This document shows, one piece after another, positions 38,557 through 51,964 of a DNA stretch of 64,000 nucleotides. The position numbers and the translations under genes were made by a program. Numbering within the stretch: position 1 is the stretch's first letter; each line of letters opens with the position of its first letter. The stretch covers positions 9,488,001 to 9,552,000 of the forward strand of contig NC_087437.1 in NCBI RefSeq assembly GCF_036321535.1, in the 5' to 3' direction. The DNA is from Camelus dromedarius. Lineage: Eukaryota. The notes below the pieces were generated by a model. That model did no database searches. It worked only from the letters and a program-made list of their open reading frames with translations, and was not told the DNA's origin.

Positions 38557-39211
38557 TGAGACAGGAGGGAAGGGGGCAGTGCATAGCCATTCAAGGAATG
38601 ACAGCAATTAACACCAGAATGGCAGAAGATTCGACTCCCAGGAGGCCTTGAGGCTCAAGATGGCAGGAGATTTGACTTCTAGTAGAACTTGAGCTTCATT
38701 ATATGCTCATTGTAATATATTAGCGTGGTAAATGACATGCCCACAGGTGTTCCAAGGCTGAACATAAAAGGTCAAAGAGTAGGTGGTGGCCCAATTCCTG
38801 AGAATCCAAGCCCCTTTCCCAGGGTAGTTGGAATAGCCTTCCCACTTGTAGGCCTGTGAAGCTACTGAGCCCATAAAATCTAGCGACACCACACCTTGTG
38901 GCCGCCTCTCTGGCTCCCTCATCTTCAGAGATGGCCCGCACTCTGTCTATGGAGTGTGTACCTACTTTTACTTTAACCTTGAGCACCCAACCCCCACACC
39001 TCATGGCCTTTCTCTTGCCTTCTGAGACAGCCGGCACTCTGTGCAGTATGTTTCTCTCTAAATAATTCTACCTTTACTAAAGTGTGGCTCACTCTTGAAT
39101 TCTTTCCTGCACGAAGCCAAGGACCCACATTTGGCGGGGTGAATCCCAGGGGCTCAACTGAGACCTGGGACATGGCCCTTCTCATGCCCCACATTCGTTT
39201 TTCCTGCATCA
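38557..39211 (+). mobile_element. ERV1 solo LTR, MER41-related
   Basis: TG...CA termini, TTGTAATATATTAGCGTGGTAAATGACA, and a U5 reading CTCTTGAATTCTTTCCTGCACGAAGCCAAGGACC, which is characteristic of MER41-group LTRs. Internal direct duplications are present. Confidence 0.8.
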
Positions 39212-40904
39212 TCACCATTGAAATGGCCATTTCAACCTGGGCCATGGGATTTGGAAGAAGACTGCACATCAGCCTTTGTGACAGAAAGGCTTCCTAGTTA
39301 TCACTGTACAGCTGGGGAAACTGGGGCCAAAGATGGTAGAGTGGAGGATTTGGGAAAAGTGTTTGAGAAGTAATTCTCAGTTCTGGGGGTCTCTAGAGGC
39401 TCAAACCCAATCAGTATAATCCATAGCCTTTCCTATATTCACACATAAAATTTCAGCCCAATCCTGGAACAGGTAAGACTCAAATTATTTAAAAATTTCT
39501 TAATGTTGGGGTAGAGTTTTACAGATTAAAAAGCACTTCCCCATAAGCCAGTATAGTGAGAAAATTAATGACATTAAGTTGTGTATGCTCTCTTGGTTAT
39601 TTTTGTGTTTTTTGTTTTCTCATGTCTTTGAATCCAAGCAGGCAGCAAGAATTTGCAATGCATTGCTTTAGGGCCTTCTGCCATGAAGGGGAGGTGAAGC
39701 AGCCTTTTCGTCCAGGTGTATGAAAAAGCAGGAACTTATTGAGAAACCTATGACATGTCTCTTGAAGGGCAGGAAGCAGCAGAGGACCCTTGTGATGTAG
39801 GGGAGATCTTGGAGAACGGAGAACTGCTCCCGGGACTTACCCATTCCCAACACACACCTCAAGTTGGGAGAGTGAGAATGGGAGAGGCACCAAGGAGTGG
39901 CTTAGTGGTACCCAATCACAGCCCAAAGCCACACACACTCCGAGCCTGGAGGGACCCCGCGCACTGAGATAGTGGCTGTCCCAGCAGAAACCTATAATAC
40001 TGATATCTGATGCCCACTGTACTTGATTTTCACAACCCTATGGATTTATGACTTAAAGATCATATGACTAGTTGAAAGTAAAGCAAAAGCAAGAACCCAG
40101 ATTTTCTCAAGCCGCGACGCAGATACCTTTCTGTTCCAGGCTCCAGACTCAACTTTTCAGATGAAGCTCGCTCTAAATTCTAATCTTACATCATCTGCCA
40201 AAGATTTCACCTCTAGAAATACAGCTGCTAAAGCTATTTTCATGAGTAGAAACATGGAAGAATTTATATTTTTATGACTCATTTCCCTGAGATCCTGAAA
40301 GAGTAAAAAAGTGATCCATGCAAAGGGTTTTTTAGTAGTTTGGAGGCATTCTATTATTTATATTCAAAACAGTTGCTTCTGGGGTTGCAGGGGGTTGAGA
40401 ATCGGATAAGAAGGCATATATGCTTATGATCACAATTTCCAAAGAATAAGAAAATAATAAATGTATCCATTGATAAGGCTGAATCAAGTAAGTAAAAGAT
40501 TGCACTTCTCTTGCTTTTGACAGGAATAACAGTAAAATATTTTAGTAACTCAATTGTTTTATGCTGATTAGAGTCTTTCTCAAGCTCTTAACACATTTTA
40601 GATAACTAGGAAAAAAGTAAACAATTATATAATAAATATGGTTTGTTGAATCGAATAATGATTTTGCAGTTTTCCGCCTCATTTGGGTAAGTGAGTGTTG
40701 ATTTTAGTGAAGTATTATTTACATACGATAAAATCCACTCATTTTAAGTGTAGAAGTTTTGAGTTTTGTTAAGTGCATAGTGTCCTGTAAGTACCACTAC
40801 AGTCATGATACAGAGCATCTCTAGCACCCACAGTAAGCTGCCTCTTGTTCCTTTGCAATTAATCTTCTGCCCTACCCCTGGCCTTGGGAATCACTGATTA
40901 TTTT

Positions 40905-42700
40905 TCTTTATTTTCATTTTCATTTTATTTTGATAAGAACACTTAACACAAGATATGTCCTCTTATCCAATTTTAAGTGTATAGTACAGACAATAAGCAC
41001 CATCGTACAGCAGATCTCTAGAATTTATTCACCTTGCATCGCTGAAACTTCATACCTGTTGATTGTCAACTCCCTGTTTCCCCTCGCCTCTGTCCCTGAC
41101 AATCACGACTATATTCTCTGCTTCCATGAGTTTGACTATCTCATATATGTGGAATCTTGCAATATTTGCCTTTCAGTGACAGCATAATGTCTTCAAGGTT
41201 CATCCCTGCTGTCACATATTGCAAGATTGCTTTCTTTTTTTAAGGCTGAATTACTTTGCATTGCATGTAGGTACCACGTTTTCTTTATTCATTCATCTGT
41301 TGATGGGCATTTAGATTCCTTCTACATTTTGGTCACTGTGAATAGTGTTGCAGTGACCATGGGAGCATTAATATCTCTTTGAGATCTTGGTTTCCATGCT
41401 TTTAGATAAATACACAAAAGTGGAATTTCTAGAGCACATGCTAGAGAATAATAAAGATCAGAGACAAAATAAATAGAGAAGAGAAAAATCAATGATCATC
41501 TCAATAGATACAGAAAAAGCATTTGATAAAATTCAACATCCTTTCATGATAAAAACTCAAGAAACTAGTAATAGAGGGAAATTATTTCAATATAATAAAG
41601 GTAATATTTAAAAAGCTCATAGCTAATAGCATACTCAATGGTGAAAAACTGAAAAATTTTTCCTCTAAGATGAGGAACAACACAAGGATGCTCACTGTTG
41701 CCACTTCTATTCAACATAGTACTAGAAGTCTTAGACAGAGCAATTAGGCAAGAAAAATAAATAAAAGGCTTCCAAATTAAAAACAAAGAAATAGAATTGT
41801 TTCTGTTTGCATATGACATGTTCTTAGATAGAAAACCCTAAATATTACACACACACACACACACTCTTTAAGAATAATACAATTATTCAGTAAAATTGCA
41901 GGATATAAAAGCAACATACAAAAATCATTTGTGTTCTATACGCTAAGAACAAAGTGTCTGAAAATAACATCAAGAAAACAGTTTCATTAACAACAGCATA
42001 AAAAGAGTAAAATATTTAGAAATAAACCTAACTAAAGAGATGAAACACTTGTGCATTGAAAATTACAAAACACTGATGAAAGAAATTAAAGACACAAACT
42101 AATGGACAGACATGCTGGGTCCATAGATTGTTAAAGTCCATGCTACCCATAACTGTCTACAGATTTGATACAATTTTTATTAAAACCTAAATGGTGTTTA
42201 TTACAGGAACAGAAAAAAATCCTAAAATTTCTGTGGAATCACAAAGGACTCAGAATAGTGAAAAAAATCTTGAGAAAGAACAGAGCAAAAGTCCTTATAC
42301 TTTATGATTTCAGAACTTATTACAAAGCTACAGTAATCCAAACATTATGATAATGGCATAAGGAAAGATACACAGACTAATGGAACAGAATAGAGAGTCC
42401 AGAAGTAAATCCATGCATACACAGTCAATTGATCTTCAACAGGGAGCCAAGAATACACAACAGGGAAAGAATAATCTTTCAACAAATGATGTTGGGAAAA
42501 ATAATGAAATTGGATCCTCATCTTAACACCATACCCAAAGACCAACACAAAAGTAAATTAAAGACTTAAAAATAAGACCTAAACTATAAAATGCCTAGAA
42601 AAAAATCATAAGGAAAAACCTTCATGACACTGGTCTTGGCAAAGTTTTCATGAATCTAATTCCAATAGCACAAGCAACAAAAGCAAAAATAGACACGTGG
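40905..42700. mobile_element. L1MA9-like element with inversion (minus 40905-41443, plus ORF2 about 41444-42700)
   Basis: TAAGAACACTTAACA...CAGCAGATCTCTAGAATTTATTCA is an L1MA9-type 3' end. The sense part encodes MIISIDTEKAFDKIQHPFMIKT and the RT motif remnant LFAYDM. Confidence 0.85.
41847..41864. repeat. (AC)n microsatellite in L1
   Basis: Directly visible, about 9 units. Confidence 0.9.
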
Positions 42701-45700
42701 TTTGTTTTCTATTACTCATTTTGTTATTAGTCTCTATGACTTCATTTTACATGGACTAACACAGGATGTACTTTTCTTGTGTCTGACTTTCACTTAGCAC
42801 AGTGCTTTTGCTATTCACTCATATTGTTGCAAGTACTCATTGTTTGTACTATTTATGCCTGACTACTGCTCCATTGTAAGAATATAACGAATTTGTTTAT
42901 CCATCAGATATTTGAGTTGTTTCCAATTTAGTATGATTTTGAACAAAGCTTCTATGAATATTTATAAACACACTTTTGTGTGGACGCATGTATGTATTTT
43001 TCTTATACGACCAAAAGTGATACAATGCTTTGTATTCTCAGTTTTCTGAATTTTAATTATTCTAGATGGTGGATAATAGTATCTGATATTGATTTAATTT
43101 GTGTCATTTAGTGATTAATGATGTTGAACATTTTTAATGTAAATATTTGCCACCCATATATCTGGTAAACTGCTCAAATAGTTTGCTCATTTTTAATGTG
43201 GGCTGTTTGCCTTCTTTTCATAAAGTTGTAAGAGACATCTTTCATGTCATACAGATTGGAAGGAAATAAGCAAAACTCTTTTTATTCTAAGATAATTTGA
43301 TCACCTATTCAGAAAATACTAAAGAATTTAAAAAATAAACTACTAAAATTAATAAGAATTACAGAAAAATTGTAAGATTTTGTCAATATACAAAATCAAC
43401 TGTATTTCTGTATATGAATATGACCAAATACATTGGTAATAATGCGTAAAACCACAATTTACTAAGATATAAAATTAAAAGGCCTTGAGTATAAAATGAA
43501 CAAAACATACAATATCCATACACTGAAAGCTACAAAAAAAATTGCTGAGAGAGTATTTTTTAAGATACAAGTTAATAGATATATTTGCCCATGGACCTAA
43601 GATTTAAAATTGTTAAAGAGTCAGTTCTCCTCACAATGATCTATAGACTCAAAGCAACCTAAATTAATGTCCCAGTAGACTTTTTTTAGGTATATAAGAT
43701 ATCTATATAAAATATCATATATATATTAAAATATATATCATGCATAAGTGCAAAGGACTTAGAATAGTCAAAATATTGGTAAAAGGAAGAATAATATTAT
43801 AGGACTCATACTTCATGGTTTCAGGGATTATTGTAAAACTATGTTAATCAAGACACTGTGGTACCGGGTATAAATAGACATATGGATGAATGCAACATTA
43901 TAAACTGTCTAAAAATACATACTTTGCCAACTGATTTTTGTCAAGGTGCCAATGCAATTCAATGGACAAAAGATAATCATTTCAATTAGTGGTGTTAGAA
44001 TAACTGCATATTAATATGCAAAAAAATTAGACAAATAAAACTTGACCCTTACATCACACCATACACAAATATGGACAAAGGATTATAGGCTTAATTTTAA
44101 GAGGTAATATTATACAACTTCTGTAACACAAAAAAGAAGATATTAGTGACCTAAGGTTAGGAAAGACTTTTAAAATTGAACATAGAAAGCATAAACAATA
44201 GAAAAATTTAATACACTGGATTTTACCAAAGTTAAAAGTTTGTCTCTTCAAAAGGAAATGTTAAAAAAGAGGAAAAAGTAAAGAATAGCATTTTTAAAAT
44301 ATTCGGTCCATATAAATAGTGGAGAAGATGAAGCAGTGGGACTCATCTGGTGAAATCTGAAGAAATCCTACGTAAGGTGGAATTCAATTCTGAGGGTTGC
44401 TAGACAGTTTCATTCACCTTGTGTAATGAACAACTTTCACCTGACTTCTCTCTCCCTTGCATTTTTTTCCCAAATGTCTGTGCACAAGCATTAGGATTCT
44501 ACAGCAAAAGCAAAGACACATTTCTCAGGCACCGTGTTTGGATCCTAGAGAGAAAATCCCTTCCACATGTGAAGCAGGAGTCTTGGACTACAAGTCTGTT
44601 TGATTATGCCTTCCAAGAGCTCCTTAAACCTTGAGCTTTCAAGATCCCTGTCTCCAATTTGAATATCAGCAACATTGACAGGTTATTATAGTCCCGAATA
44701 GTTCTGATCCAGATCAATACTGTTAAACAACAAGTGAAAGTAAATTGACAATAGCTTTCTTTTCTTTTTGGCTCCATTTCTCCATGATCTGATCTCACAT
44801 GAAAATTTGAGAATAATTATTTGGCTTTTAAATGATGAAGAGACCTTTCAGATAGTTTTTCAGGTATCATTTAAAATTTTTTTTCTTTTTTTGAATTCTA
44901 GATATTGCCCATAAAATCTCAAGGGGAAAAAAAAACGTTTTTAAAGCATTGAAGTCAATGTAAAGTGGATTTCTTTAGGACTTAACAATAGGCATTAATT
45001 AGCACTGGAAGTACCAACAGGATGGTGCTATCTTACTTTAAGGATCTGCTCCCTCACTGGGTACACGGAATATTATATTTTAATCAAGTTGTAGAGTAGC
45101 TGGGATAAAAATGTTCCAAAGTCACATACACTCAGTCACTAAATAAATCAGACACCTTGAAAACGGACTGGTTGGTTAGCCTAGAAATTTGAAAGCTCTC
45201 TTTATCATTATATAGTGTCTCTTTCCCTTCAGAAAACAGAACATAACTAGTAATATTGCATTTACTAAACTTATGATCATTTTCTCTGGCCCGAAATGGA
45301 CTCTAAAAATGCCAACAGACATCAGATAGTCTTCTTGGTGAAAAGAGATCATGTTTTTCTTCTTCAGAATATAGCCATTATTACAGGGACATAAACATTG
45401 TCTTGTAGGAAAATTTCATTACTTAAACTCATTTAGGACTCCTGTCTTAAGGTTTTATTAACAGTGTAAAAACACTTCTCTATAATCACTCTCATCATGC
45501 CTGCATTTTACAACACACTCAAATTCTACACGATATTAGTTGTTGCTTGTATTATTGGTACTTGGGATTATACATATTCATCTATCTGTTACACCTGTAT
45601 TTTTTATGCAAGTTATTTTACTATTTTTACATATTGTAAGTCTTAAAAATATTAATGTCAAAGTAATTTCTTTTCAGAATATCTAGCCCTACTTTATGCA

Positions 45701-45979
45701 TTTTATGCATTCAATATAATAGTGCAACTTCTTACATGGTAAGAAAGAGAAGTCTAAATGAATGCTAAGGAGTGAACAAATACCTAAGTATTATTTCATA
45801 TTTTTATGAATTACATGCTTAAATATTTACAGATCATTAATGGCATGTTGTTCTATTTCGTTTTTAACACATGAGAATGTGAAATCTAAATACTCAAATT
45901 GCCCTTTCTCTAACACCATCATCTTTTTTTTTTTTAACTTAAAGGATAAAATATACAGCACAGATCCTAAAATGGGACC

Positions 45980-47045
45980 TTAAAATATTGTTATTACTAT
46001 ATTTAAAGATTTAAAGGAAAACATGAACAAAATGAAAATATAAATAGAAACTACAAAAATAGAACCAAATGCAATTAAAGTGGCAGAAAATACAATGTCT
46101 GAAATAAAATTTCACTGGATGGGCCTGGGAGCTGATTAGGAGCTACAGAAGAAAAGATTTGTGGACTTGATGAAAAAGCCTTACGAACCATTTGAACAGA
46201 AACAGAGAGACGTGAAAAAAAGTTGAAATAATAAAGAAATATTCAGGAACTTGTGGGACAATATCAAAAGGCCCAGCATATATGTAACTAAAGTCTCAGA
46301 AAGGAGGGGAAAAAAAGTAATTTAAGAAAATAGTTTAAAAAAAGAAAAAGAAAATAGAGGCCAAAAAAATGTTTCAAGTTTGAAGTTTGATAAGAAATAT
46401 CAACCCACATATCTAAGAAGCTCAAAGAACCTTCAGAAAAATAAATAAACCAAATAGAACACCAAGATGCATTTTAAGAAAACTGTTGCGAACAGAAGAT
46501 TAAAAAGAAAGTAAAACAACTATAAAAAGTATATTAAATATAAAGAAACAAAGATAGTATCACTAGCTTCTCATCAGATCAAATGCAATCCATATGACAA
46601 TGAAATGACAAAAATAAAGTAATTGAAGGGAAAAAATAAACCTGGGTTTTAAAATTATGCTACCAGGAAAAAAATCCTTCAAAAATAAAACAACAACAAC
46701 AACAACAAAGATATTTTCAGAGAAACAAATGCTGAGATATGTTTTCCCCAACACAGCTGCAGTAAGAGAAACGTTAAAAGTTTTTTAGGCTGGAGGACAA
46801 GTATGCCAAACGGAAATTTGAATCAACCTAACGGAATGAGTAGCATAATAAATAGAAATGTAGAAAAATATAAAGTTTTCCTATTACTAAATTTCTTTAA
46901 AGGCAATCATGAGGCTTAAATGCCTTTAAAGGCAATTGGGAAGTTTATATCAAATATAAAAATAAAATGTCTAAAAAGAGAATAAGATGGATAAAAATTT
47001 AAATGTGTTATTATTAAGTTTTTTCTTTATACATGAAATGGTATG
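45980..47045 (+). mobile_element. Old L1 ORF1 relic
   Basis: AAAATACAATGTCTGAAATAAAATTTCACTGGATGGGC...GAAGAAAAGATT; GAACTTGTGGGACAATATCAAAAGG; AAGAAGCTCAAAGAACC. Confidence 0.75.
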
Positions 47046-47142
47046 GAACATCTCCATGGAAGGTATTTGACGATATGTATAAAAGTTACAGAGGCCCACA
47101 CCATTTGATGCAGCCATTCCACTTTTAAGAATTTACAAGACA

Positions 47143-47816
47143 AAACTAGAAATAGACTTACCATATGACCCAGGAATCCCGCTCCTGGGCTTATATGCAG
47201 AAGGAACCCTACTTCAGGATGACACCTGCACCCCAACATTCATAGCAGCACTATTTACAATAGCCAAGACATGGGAACAGCCTAAATGTCCATCAACAGA
47301 TGACTGGATAAAGAAGATGTGGTATATTTATATGATGGAATACTACTCAGCCATAAAAACCGACAACATAATGCCATTTACAGCAACATGGATGTTCCTG
47401 GAGAATGTCATTCTAAGGGAAATAAGCCAGAAAGAGAAAGAAAAATACCATATGAAATTGCTCATGTGTGGAATCTTAAAAAAAACAGGACATAAATACA
47501 AAACAGAAACAGACTCATAGACATAGAATACAAACTTGTGGTTGCCAAGGGGAAGGGGGGGTGGGAAGGGACAGACTGGGATTTCAAAATTTGTAGATAC
47601 TGACAGACATATGCAGAATAGATAAACAAGATTATACTGTATAGCACAGGGAAATATACACAAGATCTTGAGGTAGCTCACAGCAAAAAAAATGTGACAA
47701 TGAATATATACATGTTCACGTATAACTGAAAAATTGTGCTCTACACTGGAATTTGACACAGCATTGTAAAGTGACTATAACTCAATAAAAAAGTAAAAAA
47801 AAATTAACATTAAAAA
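47143..47816 (+). mobile_element. Young 5'-truncated L1 with a distinct 3' UTR variant
   Basis: [41 protein letters not shown], then 3' UTR and A tail. TSD AAGAATTTACAAGACA / AAGAATTTATCAGACA (47127-47142, 47817-47832). Confidence 0.92.
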
Positions 47817-47834
47817 AAGAATTTATCAGACAGT

Positions 47835-47903
47835 GGGGGGAGGGTATAGCTCAGTAGTAAAGTGAGCTGCTAGCATGCACGAGGTCCTGGGTTCAATCCC
47901 CAC
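47835..47903 (+). mobile_element. tRNA-Ala-derived SINE (vic-1 type), 3'-truncated
   Basis: GGGGGAGGGTATAGCTCAGTAGTA...TAGCATGCACGAGGTCCTGGGTTCAATCCCCA runs directly into L1 ORF2 sequence. Confidence 0.9.
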
Positions 47904-49025
47904 CATATACAAAATTAAACTCAAATGTATCAAAGACCCATGCATGAAAAGAAAATTACAAAATTTCTAGAAGAAAACAGGGGAGATATTTTTATGTTCT
48001 TGGATTAGGCGAAGTTTTCTTAGATCACAAAAGGCGCTAATCATAAAAGAAAAAAATTAATAAATTGGATTTTATTTAATTAAAAATTATCTGGTTTTCA
48101 AAATTTCTCCTTAAGAAAATGAAAAGCAAGCCACAGAGTGGAAGAAAATACTGCTAATACATATACCCAAAAGGAACTTTTATCCAAAATTTTAAAAAGA
48201 AATTTATAACTCAATTAATTAGAAAAACGACCTATTTTTTTAAATGGCAAAATATTTTAACATACACCTCACAGAGGAAGGTATACAGATAGCCACAAGA
48301 AGAGATTATCAGTATCATTAGTCATCATGACAATGCAAATTAAAACTTTAAAGAGACACCAGCATTGCGCTACTAGAATGGCGATTATTAAATGTTCTGA
48401 AAAACAGCAAGTATCAGTGAGGATGCAGGGCAGTCAGGGCTGTAACACTTTGTGGTAAGAGTGTGAAATGTACAACCACTGTGGTGTGGCAGCTTCTTTT
48501 AAAGTTAAATAAACATTTTAACAATCTATGGTTACCAGTGGGGAAAAGGGGCGGGAAGGGATAAATTGGGAGTTCCAGATTAGCAGAGACTAACTACTTT
48601 ATATAAAATAGGTAAACAGTAAGTTCCTACTGTAGAGCACAGGGAACTATATTCAATATCTTGTAGTAACCTGTAATGAAAAAGAATATGAAAAGGGATG
48701 TATGTATGTGTATGTATGACTGAGACATGACGCTGTTCACCAGAAATTGATGCAACATTGCAAACTGACTATACACTTCAATACAATTTAGAAATTATAA
48801 AGAGTTAAATATACATTTAACAAATGACTCAGAAATTCCACTCCTAAATATTTACACAAGAGACATGAAAACAGATCTCCATGAAAAGACTTGTATGTGA
48901 ATGTGCATAGAACCTTTATTTAAAATACAAAAAAACTAGAAAATTTTCAAGTATCCTTAAACAGCTAATGGATAAACAATTTGTGGCATATTTACCTAAA
49001 AGAATACTTAGCAGTATAAAAAAAT
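47901..49025 (+). mobile_element. Old L1 ORF2 3' region, split by a young L1
   Basis: CACCATATACAAAATTAAACTCAAATG...GCAAGCCACAGAGTGGAAGAAAATA...CAGAAATTCCACTCCTAAATATTTACACAAGAGACATGAAAAC. Confidence 0.8.
48519..48802 (+). mobile_element. Young L1 3' UTR-only insertion
   Basis: TATGGTTACCAGTGGGGAAAAGGGG...CACAGGGAACTATATTCAATATCTTGTAG...tail. TSD AGTTAAATA(A/T)ACATTT at 48503-48518 and 48803-48818. Confidence 0.9.
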
Positions 49026-49699
49026 CAACAAAGGTGATCTCTTGTGATCATAAAACTCCATGTGTTAAACTTTTCTTGTGGTTATTATTTATAGCTGATT
49101 AAAAGAACATAAAATAACAAATGTTACTAATATTAAGAATGATACAGACTTCAGCATCAATTCTCTTTCTATTTTTTGTGTGCTTATAGATTATTATATT
49201 CATTTTGTGTGCACTGATTATTATATTCATTTGCATAAGTAGATGGACAATGGAAGTTTTGTTTTGGCAATAGTACTGAATTTTTGGATCTCTCTCTATG
49301 CCTGCAATCACATTGTAATCTACCAAAAAATGTTTTCAACAATCTTGTTAAAGTGAAGAATTGGAAATCACCTGATCTGCAAAAGAATTTGTTATTCCGT
49401 GACTAGAGTCATTCACTTTTTCTGCCAAACCCAGTATTTCTAATGGTCCCATAGTTTGGTGTCCTAGAGGGTTTTACCAGGGCGAGCTATATACCCCATA
49501 GTAGATTTTGGGTGGATAGGGGTGAAACTTTCTTTTATAAATTGTGAAAGGGGAAGTGAGAAAGTAGAACCTGCATAGAGTATTTTCAGGAAGGCCAGTT
49601 TTAGAAAAGAGTGCATCGGAGAGTTAAAGAGCTGTCAATCAATTCCCTGAAAACAATGAGTGCCACATTGTCCCCTCCAGGGTGACTACCCCCAGCATG

Positions 49700-50290
49700 G
49701 CATCCCAGCCTGAAGACAGTGCTTGGGCCGCTCTCCATGAGTACCTCATGCCTCCTGCAGTCCATTCTCCTGACAGCAGCAAGTCTAAGTGATATTTCTG
49801 ACAATGAAAATCAGATTAAAAAAAAAGATTCTTCCTCACTGCTGTTTCTTCAAAACCCTCCTCTATGTGCCCATTGCAATTAGAATGAAGTGCAAACCCC
49901 TCAACTCTGAAGTTGGTTACACTCTCCTCTCTCATTTTGTACTTCTCTCTTTCTCCATTTCTGGTTTCCAGGTATAGACACGCTTCTGTTTCTCAAATGT
50001 AGCAAGTTCATTCACACAGAGGTCTTTGTCCCTCGGTTACTCACGCAACCTAAAGCAGTCCCTGCACACACTCACTCCCTGTCTTATTGCTCGGCTTCAC
50101 CTTCCCGCCACTGGTCGCTGTCTGCTATTGCTGCTCATTTCCTTCTTCTAAGGTGCTTCATGACAGCACAATCCAAACCTTTCCTGTCTTTCATTTTTAT
50201 TTGATTTCTCTCCACTACCTCGAACTGTGCTTCGTGGGTTCTCAAAACGTATTTTTTGAATTGATCGATAAGCCAATGAGTGAATATTGA
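49700..50290 (+). mobile_element. L2 fragment
   Basis: GTCCATTCTCCTGACAGCAGC...TCAAAACCCTCC...CCCATTGCAATTAGAATGAAGTGCAAACCCCT. Confidence 0.65.
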
Positions 50291-51769
50291 GTCGTTTTTA
50301 TAAGCATTCATATTTAGAAGACACTTTGGTGTTGCCGAACACCGATTCCGATGTGAATTTATCATTTTCTAAAGCTACAGGATGCACGCCATATGCCGTA
50401 CGTCTCTGAATTGACTGAACATCTATCTCTAAGGAGTCTAAGACTGCAAAACAATTAGAGAAGGTAGAAATTTCAACAAGTTCAATTAATTGCATAGTAG
50501 TTTCCCATAGGATATTTTCAACACCATTCCCAGGTTTTACTCGTAAAAGAGCTTCCCTAAGTGATTGTAATAGACAGCATTCGTTTGAAAACTGTCACCT
50601 CTGGACCTGTGGCTTTATTGATTTCTACACTGCTTTTACTTTTGAGACATCAAAGTCAGAAACAAAATGAATATCAAGCTAAATGGTTGATTGTAAAGAG
50701 GATTATTTTCTCAGAATAATTCTGAAGAAAAGTGGCGATTCTGAATAGGATAAGATTAGGCGGTAATTACTGTCTTGAGCTGAGCAGTGGGTTCTATTAT
50801 TTCTACACAAGTATTTAGGACAAGATGGTGCTGTAATTACTAAGAATTGGCTAAGAATAGGCTAAGAATAAAATGCTGGATGACAGGAGAAGTTATGAAT
50901 TGAGGAACTGTTTCAAGGGATCAAGGTCAGTGTGAAATAATTGAACCTTAATGGAAAAGGCAATAGAGCAGGGTTAGGATATGGAAAGATGAAGGACTCT
51001 GAAAGAAATTGTATCCAAAGAGAAAATGTTTCCCCTTCAAGCCCCTGATAAAGTCATCACAAAATGCAGTGGGGTAATCCCATGAGGACAATAAGTTAAA
51101 TGTACATGTTCAGCAATATTGTGGGACACCGGAATTCAGTTCTAATTTTTTGCATCTGTTCCCTCAACACATTAATGCAAAAGCCATTTGTACCTATTTC
51201 TAAATTTCCTTCCCCAGGGGTCAAAGCCAATTAAAGTTCAAAAAACCAGACCTCTAAAGAAATTGAAAGTGGTTTGTGGTAAAACGAAACAAACAACAAA
51301 AGATACACTCAGAGCAATGTTTTAAAAATCTAGCAAGTAAGTGTTAAAATTAGGTGTCACTGAAGTTATGTATTCTTACCCACTCAAGGAGATAAAATTT
51401 TCCTTATTGTTGGTAAGCATTTCCTACAGTTCTTTTCAGTGAGAGGAAAGTAAAAGGGGTAGAAGAATGTATCTGATTTTTTTTAAACTATCTTTTTCCT
51501 TTTTGGTGGTTTAAACACATTGTTTTAAAAGAAAAAGTGTCCATGTCTATTACCACAGAAGTCATATGTTTGGGAGGCAAGCCACTTTCATATTTGTAGC
51601 ATGATGATGATTACAGTCATTACTATTGGTTGTGAAAATGCTAAATTGTTTTAAAATGCAATTTTTCAAAATTTGCAATCCTCTTTCTTTTGAGTTCTGG
51701 AATGTTACTTTATCAGTTTATAAATGCCCAAGTAGGTTGTTGTGAAGAAAAAAAAAAGGAAGGAAATTT

Positions 51770-51958
51770 AGTTTAGAGTGGGAAGAATGGATTTTGAGCC
51801 TTGATTTTATTACTCGTTAATTATGTGATGTGGCATGTTATTTCATAACTATGAGTGTCAATTCCTTCCTCTGTAAAATGGAGGACCAAAAATAATTTTT
51901 TCCTAGTATTGCTGTAAGGATTAATTGAAAATCTGGCTGTGAAGTAATTCATTAGCTA
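51770..51958 (+). mobile_element. MIR SINE
   Basis: TTCCTTCCTCTGTAAAATGGAG...ATTGCTGTAAGGATTAATTGA matches the MIR core. Confidence 0.65.
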
Positions 51959-51964
51959 TAAAGG

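Larger units (their letters stand above)
40700..44285. mobile_element. Old L1 (L1MB8/L1ME1-like): minus 40700-40900 and about 42725-43235, plus ORF2 about 43245-44285
   Basis: The antisense 3' end is interrupted at about 40900 and resumes at about 42725. It is followed by sense ORF2 (GTCAATATACAAAATCAACTGTATTTCT; CAAGGTGCCAATGCAATTCAATGG). Confidence 0.7.

Noticed and set aside
41444..42700. Possible functional reverse transcriptase gene
   Set aside because: Many stops and frameshifts, and the catalytic FADD motif is mutated to FAYD. It is a dead L1 fragment.
47343..47759. 138-aa ORF
   Set aside because: Antisense of a young L1 3' end.
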